A stretch of DNA of 64,000 bases from assembly GCA_977017575.1 (NCBI GenBank), contig CDRNVI010000029.1, positions 930,001-994,000 of the forward strand. The letters run 5' to 3'. Source of the DNA: Paramoeba atlantica. Lineage: Eukaryota; Protista; Discosea. Shown here in pieces: positions 1 to 8,276 of this stretch. Both the position numbers and the translations under genes were made by a program. A model generated the notes under the pieces. That model was not told the DNA's origin. It saw only the letters and a program-made list of their open reading frames with translations, and did no database searches. Positions within the stretch are counted from its first letter, which is position 1, and every line of letters begins with the position of its first letter.

Positions 1-268
1 CGCACATCGCAATGATGTTATCCTCCATTCGCTGGGTAAGATCATGGGGAGGAAGAAGGTCCGGGGCGTATTTGATGGCATTCTTCTCGACACTACTCAT
101 GCGTAGCCATTCGAGAGAAGTTTCTGACCTCTTCAAGGGTATTCGAAAGGTATGTCGTATCGCATACGACACCCATTTCCGCAGGGGTGCATACTTTTCA
201 GAGTCAGGGGAGTCGATTCCTTCCTCGATGTACTCATCGTCCCCCGGAGGAAAGTCATACTCCAACAT
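1..268 (-). CDS. Hypothetical protein, partial (runs off the window start)
   Basis: Manual translation from ATG at 268 gives MLEYDFPPGDDEYIEEGIDSPDSEK..., open to base 1, with an in-frame TAA just upstream. Same strand as all other genes. No family recognised. Confidence 0.5.
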   Translation of the reverse strand, partial: MLEYDFPPGDDEYIEEGIDSPDSEKYAPLRKWVSYAIRHTFRIPLKRSETSLEWLRMSSVEKNAIKYAPDLLPPHDLTQRMEDNIIAMC

Positions 269-322
269 AATCACTTAGTTTGAAAGAAATGAATACGAAC
301 TATCAGTCATACAACGCGTATA

Positions 323-436
323 TTCTACGCCGTTGTTTTCACAAAATACCCCTTCTTGAAGCCGTGGCACGCCTCCCAAAGTGACCCCCCCAAAATAGGT
401 GTCCAGGCAAAACCTGACAGGTTTCAACCCTCTAAG
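323..436. repeat. Dispersed repeat, copy 1 (copy 2 at 36653-36797)
   Basis: Near-identical to 36653-36797 from TTCTACGCCGTTGTTTTCACAA to CAGGTTTCAACCCTCTAAG, with unrelated flanks. Confidence 0.85.
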
Positions 437-548
437 TAGGGGAGGTAGTACTTTACAAGTAGCTTTAGATATTTTGTCAAGTGTAGGTGTTGTTTTGTGG
501 AGAGCGCGGTCCCAGTGACTTCTGGGAGCGCGCACTTATCAAGTACAC

Positions 549-1862
549 TTACCCTAGTGAGTCAATGAACCCTTTTACACGTTTAAAACTATTGATAGCA
601 GATTGCTTATTGCAGCCACCGTATTGGAATGAGTGAGCAGTATCATTGTGAATGATGAGCTGATGGGCAACAAGAGAATCAGAATTTATAGTCTGGTTTG
701 TATTCGGTTCATGCAACATTTCTCGATAGCAAACTTCCCGATGAGAAGGAAAGAGTTTTACGAACGTTTGAGACTTTTCAGTTCTGTAGTAAGGATCTAG
801 ACCATGGGAAACACATAATTTGCGGTACATGTTAATAGAGTCATCACGAAAAATTTCGGTATTACTGACTTCAAACAAAGTAGATGGAATTCGTTGTAAA
901 ATATCTTTCGAGCAAGTAAATAGAGGGCTCACCAAAACCTGTCTCTGTGCTTCAGTTTCGGGACAATACATATTTGCCGCAGCGTTAACCCATGGGAGAG
1001 TAAGATATTTTTCACTCTCCTTGTTCGTTTGACGTGACTTACATAGGGAGCCAGTTAAATCGAGCCACGGAGAAAATAGGAAGGCGGCAACAGGTAATTC
1101 GCCTACCAATTCTTTTTGGATCGTGTCAAACGTTTGCATGGAAGAAGCTTCATCACTTGACCAATCGATTCTCTCAACTCCAAACCGACGTTGCCCATAC
1201 GCAATTGCAAGCATACTGGCCAACGCAAGATTTGCTCCCGCAGAATCCCCACCAAAAATGACGCGCCTGAAAGGAACTCCCGCCTTTAAAACAGACGCAT
1301 ACGCTCTTAAACAACTTAGTAAGGCATGTGGAAAAGGACAATCTGGTGCTAGGGAATAGTGAGGCACTGCAACGCTACATTGCGTGTATTCGGCCAGCGC
1401 GGTAGTTAAACAGCGGTAAGTGCGAGGGGAGTGCACAACGAATCCACCTCCATGAAAATACAATATGACATTGGAAGGCGGAAATGAAGAAGCAACGAAA
1501 TCTCCGACGAAAGAGTCCCTCAGACGTTGTGTAATATTTTTTCCATCACTTTTTCGTGTGTGAGAGATCGGAAGACGGTTTACATGACTGGTGAACTTGC
1601 CAAACGCAGTGCTTGAAAGTGGAGAATATCTTGAAATACAAGTTGTGCAACGTGACAAATGCAAAAGACGTGTTGTCCAAACGGGAAAAGAATTGATAGA
1701 AAAAACCTTAGCCTTAGGGTGTCGTGGAAGTAGATGGCTCAATATCAAAAGTGATGGCCGGGCTATCCATCTTATTACACTGGGGGAAGGGGGTACTAGC
1801 ATCGCAAGACGAAATATCCTTGAAAACACTCGAACAGATAAACGTGATAAGTACACCAACAT
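549..1862 (-). CDS. Alpha/beta hydrolase, hormone-sensitive lipase/Aes (Abhydrolase_3) family esterase
   Basis: YFHGGGF oxyanion motif, GDSAG nucleophile elbow, FSPWLDL, C-terminal HSFQ His. First ATG is at 1862; the track used TTG 1871. Confidence 0.9.
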   Translation of the reverse strand: MLVYLSRLSVRVFSRIFRLAMLVPPSPSVIRWIARPSLLILSHLLPRHPKAKVFSINSFPVWTTRLLHLSRCTTCISRYSPLSSTAFGKFTSHVNRLPISHTRKSDGKNITQRLRDSFVGDFVASSFPPSNVILYFHGGGFVVHSPRTYRCLTTALAEYTQCSVAVPHYSLAPDCPFPHALLSCLRAYASVLKAGVPFRRVIFGGDSAGANLALASMLAIAYGQRRFGVERIDWSSDEASSMQTFDTIQKELVGELPVAAFLFSPWLDLTGSLCKSRQTNKESEKYLTLPWVNAAANMYCPETEAQRQVLVSPLFTCSKDILQRIPSTLFEVSNTEIFRDDSINMYRKLCVSHGLDPYYRTEKSQTFVKLFPSHREVCYREMLHEPNTNQTINSDSLVAHQLIIHNDTAHSFQYGGCNKQSAINSFKRVKGFIDSLG

Positions 1863-2301
1863 TTCATTCAAGACACACAGCTGTAAAATTCAGAATTCAC
1901 CATGCACTAAACATTTTCGCCTCAAGCTCGGTCGCGAAACTGCTTCATTCGTCTTTCAACACGACAGAATTTGCATAAAAAACTCTAGAAAACTCTAAAA
2001 AATTCTTCAATTTTGTTTCAAGTTACTCATTCTTCCTCCGTACACCAGTAATCTCCATCAGAGTTCAAATACCGTTACGTTCTTTATTAAAAGACCGAAT
2101 ACTCCATCATTGAGCAATCACATTGACAATGTGACTCTAGGGTACATGGAAATGTTACATTCTCGTTTCCTCATAGCGCCGTGAATCATCTCTTTTATGA
2201 TTTCAGCTGATATCATCTCCCATTGTCACGTGTTCTCTGACTAGTTATGTAATAATAGTGTGTAACAGTGGGGACCTCTGCTGTAAAATTCTTACATGCT
2301 A

Positions 2302-4173
2302 TCATGATGCAGAAGAATTTTCCAGAACCTTGGGGATATTGTAAAGCTGTCGGATCTCGTCATCCGCCTCTCTACTTTCGATCGCTGGTAGTATTAAGGA
2401 GCATGAATTCACGCTATTCATAAGACGGATATGCACCAAATCGGACGAAGCACCATCCAGTAGCGTCCCAAAATGAGAAAGGTTACGAACTTCCACATTA
2501 TTCACGTGAGTTGCAATTCGAAAAGTCATAAGTTCTACCTGGTATCCTTTGTTCACATTGTGGGGAAGCATTTGTAGAAGAACCACAACTCCGTCACGTG
2601 TTTGGGAAACCTTACCCCCACTAATGAGGTCGACCAGATGGCGAGGAGCAGTGTTGAACCATTCTTGCGCGCCCCACTCCGTTAGAAGGGGGAACGTTAG
2701 TTGTGTGAAGACGCACCCACCAAACAACCGATACACGGGCTTTTCTAAATCTACTCCGTTTAACAAATGATTCGACACCAATGGGGTATTCACGGACAAG
2801 GGAACTTGCACATCGAGTACTTCCCCCTTTCGGAATATGCGAAGTGGAATAACATCTCCAGGCTTCCTCATTTGAATTAAATGAGAGAAACGTACGCGTT
2901 CTTTCCCACGCCATGCGAGAGTGGCATCATTGCCTACCGTATGACCATCGACGTGCGTCACTACATCAAAGGCTTTTAAAACTGAGCTGGCTGCGCTGAG
3001 CGGAAGCATATCCAACAAAAGTACGCCGGTCAAGGATGGACGAAGAGAAAAATTACGGCGAAGTGAAGTATTGTGCAGCTCCTGAATAAACGCACCCAAG
3101 GAGCAAAACCCGGGGTGATAGTGTCCAGCTGTATAGCGCTTCGTGTTAATTGATTTCGCGAGGTATTCGCGTAAGAAATGTGCAATGATAGGTATCGGTA
3201 TGATATACCCAATGTTGTCCCCGTGAACCAATGCTTGAAATGCAATGCCTACGACGCGGTTGTGGGACAGCGCGGGACCTCCACTGTTCCCAGGGTTGAT
3301 GGCTGCATCGATCTGGATGGCCATAAGATGCACATCAATTCCTCCATATGGGGAAGAATCTATACGACTTACAACACCGCTGGTAATGCTAAGCTGGTCC
3401 CCTCCCCATGGATACCCAACAACTTTTACATTTTGCTGAAGCTCTGGAAGGCCACCGAGGTGGGATACGCGGGCGATACGATCCACTGCGGTGTCTTTGG
3501 ACGAGGCATCACGCGTCCCCTCGCACGCCGTGGCACCCTCGATGTCGAGCTCCGAAATACCATCCCAGAATTCACTGTCTTGAACGGAGAGCAGAGCAAG
3601 ATCGCAATCTGCTGCTATGAACTTCAGCTCCGCAGTAAATTTACTACTGCCTCCATGTCGTCGTACTTCAATAAAAGCGGCGGATATGACTACATGAGCG
3701 TTCGTTATCACTAGCTTGCGCTCAGCGTCGAGTATAAAGCCACTTCCAGTAGAAGAAGCCTGTTGTTTCCTTTGCCACGGAAGCATAAAGTTCGGGTGAG
3801 ACGTCGTACAATATATTTTTACCACTGACTGAAGAGTTCGAAGCGGAAGTACAGCAGAGTTTGCTGGCGAAGCACTATGTGAATGCTTACTGGCGCTGTG
3901 TCTGTCATTTTCACCATTGATCTGCGATCCGAGCGCAGAACCCCGTGCTTCAACAAGGGCGGATTGCAATTCAGAAACTGCACTTTCCATTCGATTCATT
4001 CGACTCTCCACACTCGTGTTCGGTTCATCGTTCCATTTTGGATCAAATAATGCGGAGCTTTTCTGCGCGCAGAAATTGACCTTGCTAGTTTTTCCAGAAA
4101 AGAACTCCGTAACTGTGCTGATCAAGAATGCACGATGTGCAGCCAGTGGTGTATTCTTTGCAATTCTCCACAT
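2302..4173 (-). CDS. DegP/HtrA serine protease with PDZ domains (plant Deg2/9/10-like), probable mitochondrial presequence
   Basis: STGSGF, ITNAHVV (His), DLALL (Asp), AAINPGNSGGP (Ser), followed by PDZ-like regions. Basic N-terminus. Confidence 0.92.
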   Translation of the reverse strand: MWRIAKNTPLAAHRAFLISTVTEFFSGKTSKVNFCAQKSSALFDPKWNDEPNTSVESRMNRMESAVSELQSALVEARGSALGSQINGENDRHSASKHSHSASPANSAVLPLRTLQSVVKIYCTTSHPNFMLPWQRKQQASSTGSGFILDAERKLVITNAHVVISAAFIEVRRHGGSSKFTAELKFIAADCDLALLSVQDSEFWDGISELDIEGATACEGTRDASSKDTAVDRIARVSHLGGLPELQQNVKVVGYPWGGDQLSITSGVVSRIDSSPYGGIDVHLMAIQIDAAINPGNSGGPALSHNRVVGIAFQALVHGDNIGYIIPIPIIAHFLREYLAKSINTKRYTAGHYHPGFCSLGAFIQELHNTSLRRNFSLRPSLTGVLLLDMLPLSAASSVLKAFDVVTHVDGHTVGNDATLAWRGKERVRFSHLIQMRKPGDVIPLRIFRKGEVLDVQVPLSVNTPLVSNHLLNGVDLEKPVYRLFGGCVFTQLTFPLLTEWGAQEWFNTAPRHLVDLISGGKVSQTRDGVVVLLQMLPHNVNKGYQVELMTFRIATHVNNVEVRNLSHFGTLLDGASSDLVHIRLMNSVNSCSLILPAIESREADDEIRQLYNIPKVLENSSAS

Positions 4174-4712
4174 TTTTCAGTAAGATTTAAATATTTACGA
4201 TTCTTTTTTCTATATTTAAGATGTTTTAATAAGGGTTTTTCTATAATGATGCATAACTTTTGGAGACGTACTTGCAAGTAGAAAAAAGTTCGCGTATTAT
4301 TATGGTGAACAACGCAAGAAAATCTGTTAATCCAGTTACCATGAATGCTAGGTACATGAATGCTTCTATTTCAGGACACTCGTAAGTATGATTTTAGCGC
4401 TGTATTGTACTTTTTCATTCTTCACCCCTTTTTGTTAAAGTGATGTAGCGTACAGCTTAGTAACGAGTCGAGTAAACGTGGAAAATAATTGAACAGACTA
4501 CTTTTGACAAAAGTTTGAACACAACCGAAAATGTACAAATCAATATAACGCTTTTAGAATAAATAAAATTGACAACACTTCAAGCGATAGATGTGAGTGA
4601 AAAGACGACGTGTTTTCCGATACAAAGGGTTATCTAATAGGCTCAACCTGTTGTCCACACTCTAACACACGTTTTGCGTCCTCAGAACACACTTCTTCCA
4701 ACACCACACATT

Positions 4713-5237
4713 TTAATACCGTCCTCTTCCCCTCCCTCTCCCCCGTCCTCTTCCCCTCCCCCTCCTCGGAAAATACCCCCGCCCCCCCTCCTCCCCCTCT
4801 CCCCCCTCCTCCCCCCTCCGTGCCCCCCCTCCTCGTCCCCTTCCTCTCCCCCCTCGTCCCCTCCCCCTTCCTCTGGAACGGTTCGGCGCAACGAAACCCT
4901 CTTGCCACAAGGGCCCCTCATGCCCCTCTCCCCCCTCTCTCCCCGCCTGCTCTTCGCCCCAAGGCTCCCCCTCTCTTCCCGCTGCTGTATTCCCTTGGTG
5001 TCCCCCAGAAGGGGGAGGAGGGGGAGGGGGAAGGCTAGCATCGAGCTGCTGTATCACATGGACAATGTCACTCATGTCGAGTGCACGTCGTACCAGTGAC
5101 ACGAGATGGGGGACCAGGGGGGAGGGCTCGGGGAGGGGAGAGGGGAGACCGTGAGGAGGGGGAGGGGGAGGAGGGGGAGGTCGTCGTACAAAGGGGGGTC
5201 GTCGTCCACGAGAGGGGGGGTGGGGGTAGGGGGACAT
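4713..5237 (-). CDS. Pro-rich / RG(G)-repeat low-complexity hypothetical protein
   Basis: ATG at 5237 (MSPYPHPPSRGRR) follows a long pyrimidine tract. Poly-Pro N-terminus and (RG)n C-terminus. Lies wholly in a GC-skew island, so the ORF may be a composition artefact. Confidence 0.45.
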   Translation of the reverse strand: MSPYPHPPSRGRRPPFVRRPPPPPPPPPHGLPSPLPEPSPLVPHLVSLVRRALDMSDIVHVIQQLDASLPPPPPPPSGGHQGNTAAGREGEPWGEEQAGREGGEGHEGPLWQEGFVAPNRSRGRGRGRGGRGRGRGGGARRGEEGGEGEEGGRGYFPRRGRGRGRGRGRGRGRY

Positions 5238-5280
5238 GGAGTACGGTAGTTGGGGTGGGGCGTAGCGGGTAGGAAAGGTG
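4720..5280. other. GC-skew inversion island 1 (+ strand C-rich, then G-rich)
   Basis: 4721-4980 is C/T dominated and 5000-5280 is G/A dominated, with many G3+ runs on opposite strands. Confidence 0.85.
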
Positions 5281-5565
5281 TGAAAATGAGAGAAATAATG
5301 AAAAAAGGGGAAAATGTGGGAATGCTGAAAATTTGAGTTGTGTAAAGGTTGGGAAATGACATAGTTTCGTTTTTTTGTGAATATGGGGATGAAAAATAGG
5401 GGAGTGGGAGATCCAGTGGGAGGTATTCTTTGTGTTTGTGTGGGGAAGGTTTTCGGAAAATGGATGGCTAAAGGAAGCGTTGGATGAGAAGAGATACAAG
5501 ATATACCTGAATAGGATCGTTTGTTCAATGTTTGTGGAAATAGGTATATAAGGGTGCTCATAGCC

Positions 5566-6504
5566 CTAAAAACGATAAGTGTTATTACAGAGTTCATGTG
5601 ATGCGTTCCAGGCAAGAGATAAAAGAAGCTTATTCCATCCTTCATCGGATGTTAAACACGTCGCAGAAGGTGAGCCGCCAGCAGGATTCCGGCGCTGAAA
5701 TCTCGACCCTGACCGACATGTCGGTCTTTTTTGTGAGGGCAGAGCATCGATCAATGGCGCTTTCTTATGCGCCAGATCGCGACGTAGGCAATCGTAGCAG
5801 TACAACAAGTAAGCCACGTCTGTACATGCGTATTCAATCATTTCTTGGGGTAAAGGACGAAGAGTCCAATCCCAGCGAGCCATATGCTTTTCCACTTGAA
5901 ATGAACAATAATGTGAAAGAAGGTGAGCGAGACCTGTTTTGTTGTGATGAAGCAGACGAAGTGCGTTTGATGTGTCAAATAAATTACATACAAAGATGTC
6001 AAAGTCTCGCTGAAGCCATTTCAAATCGTGGCGTGGGTCATGCGCCACTTTTACTATTCGTGGATTAAGAAAGGGTAAGCGAAGACGAGGAATCAGCGAG
6101 TCGGGTGAAAGAGCATCAAGTAGAAACACTTGGTTCCGTACAGCAATTTGTAAAAGACAACAGCGCTCGCCTGATTCATCGGTGTTATGCTCTACGTCAA
6201 AGGCGAATTCCTGGCAAGTGTCCAGCACATCAAGCAAATCGCCCATACCTTCGCGAGATGTGATAATTTCTGGAAAAGTTGTAAGGGGTAGTACCGTAGA
6301 AACTTCGATGGGAATCTCAGTGTGCACGGATATACGATTGAGCCTTTGGACGTAAAAGTTTCGAAGAATTTGACCTGCTCTCGAAACCAAATCAGGCGAA
6401 GCAGTAGTAGTGCAGCGTTTAGTATCCCATGGTTTAGTGTCCCATACTGAATGAAACTTCGTAGCATGTGGTCGCAAACGCGCTGAATTCAGCAAACGAA
6501 TCAT
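5566..6504 (-). CDS. DEDDy 3'-5' exonuclease, RRP6/RNase D-like
   Basis: FAFDVEH (ExoI), CCLLQIA, DLKWLQRDF..NLFDT (ExoII), DWTLRPLP.EM..YA..D (ExoIII). No HRDC or PMC2NT domain evident. Confidence 0.88.
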   Translation of the reverse strand: MIRLLNSARLRPHATKFHSVWDTKPWDTKRCTTTASPDLVSRAGQILRNFYVQRLNRISVHTEIPIEVSTVLPLTTFPEIITSREGMGDLLDVLDTCQEFAFDVEHNTDESGERCCLLQIAVRNQVFLLDALSPDSLIPRLRLPFLNPRIVKVAHDPRHDLKWLQRDFDIFVCNLFDTSNALRLLHHNKTGLAHLLSHYCSFQVEKHMARWDWTLRPLPQEMIEYACTDVAYLLYCYDCLRRDLAHKKAPLIDALPSQKRPTCRSGSRFQRRNPAGGSPSATCLTSDEGWNKLLLSLAWNASHELCNNTYRF

Positions 6505-6800
6505 GTTATATCGTGAATTTTCTCGAGCACTATCTGTTAAGCGACATACGGCAATATTCTTCTGCCGCTTTTTTTGTTAGCATTAATCAAGAAAAATAAC
6601 TTCTGCCTAATTTGTTTACTTCCAGTACCATTACCAGCAATGATGTTTTATTTATAAATGTAAATCCAAGGTGTCTGCCAATACATGGGAGTTCAGTCTT
6701 TTATACACTCATTGATTCCTACAAATAGTACTCAGTAAATCTTCATCGAAGACGTTTATTCAAGTAGCTTTGGAATGTTCTTTAATTTCACGACGAATTA

Positions 6801-7111
6801 CCGTATACCCCCCAGTAACAGAATCGATTTCGGACCAAAATGGCCAAATCCTTGTTACTGGGGAGTGTGCTCTTTCGGTTGGCAGTGGCCTTTTTTGTTC
6901 ATGAGTGCGTTGATTTTCCGTCCAGCCCAACCCCGCAACTACGCCATTCGCTCCCGCGCAACCACCCTCACCCAGCCCAGCTACCCCTACCCGCCCAAAC
7001 GCCCCCTCCCCCCTCTAACCACCCTCCCGAGCCAAATCCTTGCTACTGGGGATCAGCCCAAAAATGGTCAAATCTCTGTTACTCGGGGATCTATTACTGG
7101 GGGGTATACGG
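6801..7111. mobile_element. MITE, TA target duplication, 18-bp perfect TIRs (Tc1/mariner-pogo type)
   Basis: TA|CCGTATACCCCCCAGTAA (6801-6818) ... TTACTGGGGGGTATACGG|TA (ends 7111). Internal direct repeat GCCAAATCCTTG(T/C)TACTGGG near 6843 and 7031. No coding capacity. Confidence 0.85.
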
Positions 7112-7463
7112 TAGTTGGAAAATAAGCTGGAGAACACGCCTTGTAATAGGATACACACCATAAAACATGAAACTTCTCATTGGAAAGGCATGGACTTGTT
7201 CAATCCAGGAAATATGCTCAAATGCCTATGATTGTTGTTTTCATCGAAAAGAACAGGAAAAGAACATCGAAAAGAACATGGAAACTTCGGACAATCATTC
7301 GTCCATGGACTCTACTCTTTAACTCCGCAGCGCTAAGGCCATCATTTGTTACGCTGCTCTCCGAGTGTGACTGCCTGTTATCCTCAAGCCTGACAGTATG
7401 TTAAGAACTTGAAGAGTTGGAATGGCTTTCGCTATTCTTCTTCAGTGGTTCTACATCGAGCAA

Positions 7464-8000
7464 TTATGTTAACTCCTGCTCCATGGTATGATCCGATGAA
7501 TCAGATTTTCCTATAGCGTTGGATATTTGCGTTGTCCATTTAGATTGATGGTCAAATGTTTGATCTCCGTACATCGCTACTTTGCCTTCAGGCAGAAAAG
7601 AATTCGGAAGAGTCTCCTTAAAAGTTTCCACTCGAGCCACAAGTCGGTCCTTGTATAACTCATATAACTCTCCACGCAGAAATTTAAGTCTTAATTTTTG
7701 ATAATTTTCTTCGCTGTTCTCCCTGCGAAAGCATGCATTGAGTACATCACGTTGAGGCATGCATTCTGCTGCTTCATGAAAAAGCTTTTCTTCGGCACAC
7801 TTCTCTAAATCCTGAACGGCACCCATGCAATTGCGGTGCGCGTTTTCCTTCATTCTTGTTATGATTCCATTGTGAATGCGATTTTGAACTTTGCGCATAA
7901 GATGAGGTGGAAAACGCTCTGCCAAGTCGTCTAATTCTCTCGCAAGTTCCTCTGTTATTTCGTCATATCCATGAGATCCTGATTTGTCAGAATATGTCAT
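7464..8000 (-). CDS. Twin-CX9C protein, Cmc1-like cytochrome c oxidase biogenesis factor
   Basis: CMGAVQDLEKC and CMPQRDVLNAC (two CX9C motifs) preceded by MKENAHRN, as in the Cmc1 family. First ATG at 8000. Confidence 0.7.
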   Translation of the reverse strand: MTYSDKSGSHGYDEITEELARELDDLAERFPPHLMRKVQNRIHNGIITRMKENAHRNCMGAVQDLEKCAEEKLFHEAAECMPQRDVLNACFRRENSEENYQKLRLKFLRGELYELYKDRLVARVETFKETLPNSFLPEGKVAMYGDQTFDHQSKWTTQISNAIGKSDSSDHTMEQELT

Positions 8001-8276
8001 CCGATGCAGTTGTGCAATAAAAGAATTAGAACTGATTTTAGAGGACACGAAAAGATTAATGCTAGCAATGAGATAAACCTTGGTTTATCCAATGGACAAT
8101 GGCCTACTTGTATGAATGTCTCATTTAAATTTTGAAGAACAGTCCCTGTTCTGTAAACTATCTAAATAATCCGAAAGTTCTAAACGTATAGCTAATGAAT
8201 ACATTCATTTTCTCGTACAAGTGGTTAGGAACGACATCAATCATCGACACAACTAAATATAAAGCGTGCAGAAAAA

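Noticed and set aside
504-533. GC hairpin just 3' of the esterase stop codon
   Set aside because: Single 11-bp stem with no SECIS or terminator features. A loose AGCGCG..AGTGACTTCT similarity to the 54557 element is too short to trust.
2118-2134. Perfect 8-bp palindrome TCACATTG-A-CAATGTGA
   Set aside because: About one such inverted repeat is expected by chance in 64 kb; no second copy seen.
5068-5568. Possible TAG readthrough of the exonuclease into an in-frame 165-codon stretch
   Set aside because: The downstream frame is a G-poor polypyrimidine spacer (H/F/P/S-rich) that avoids stops by composition; no convincing HRDC motif.
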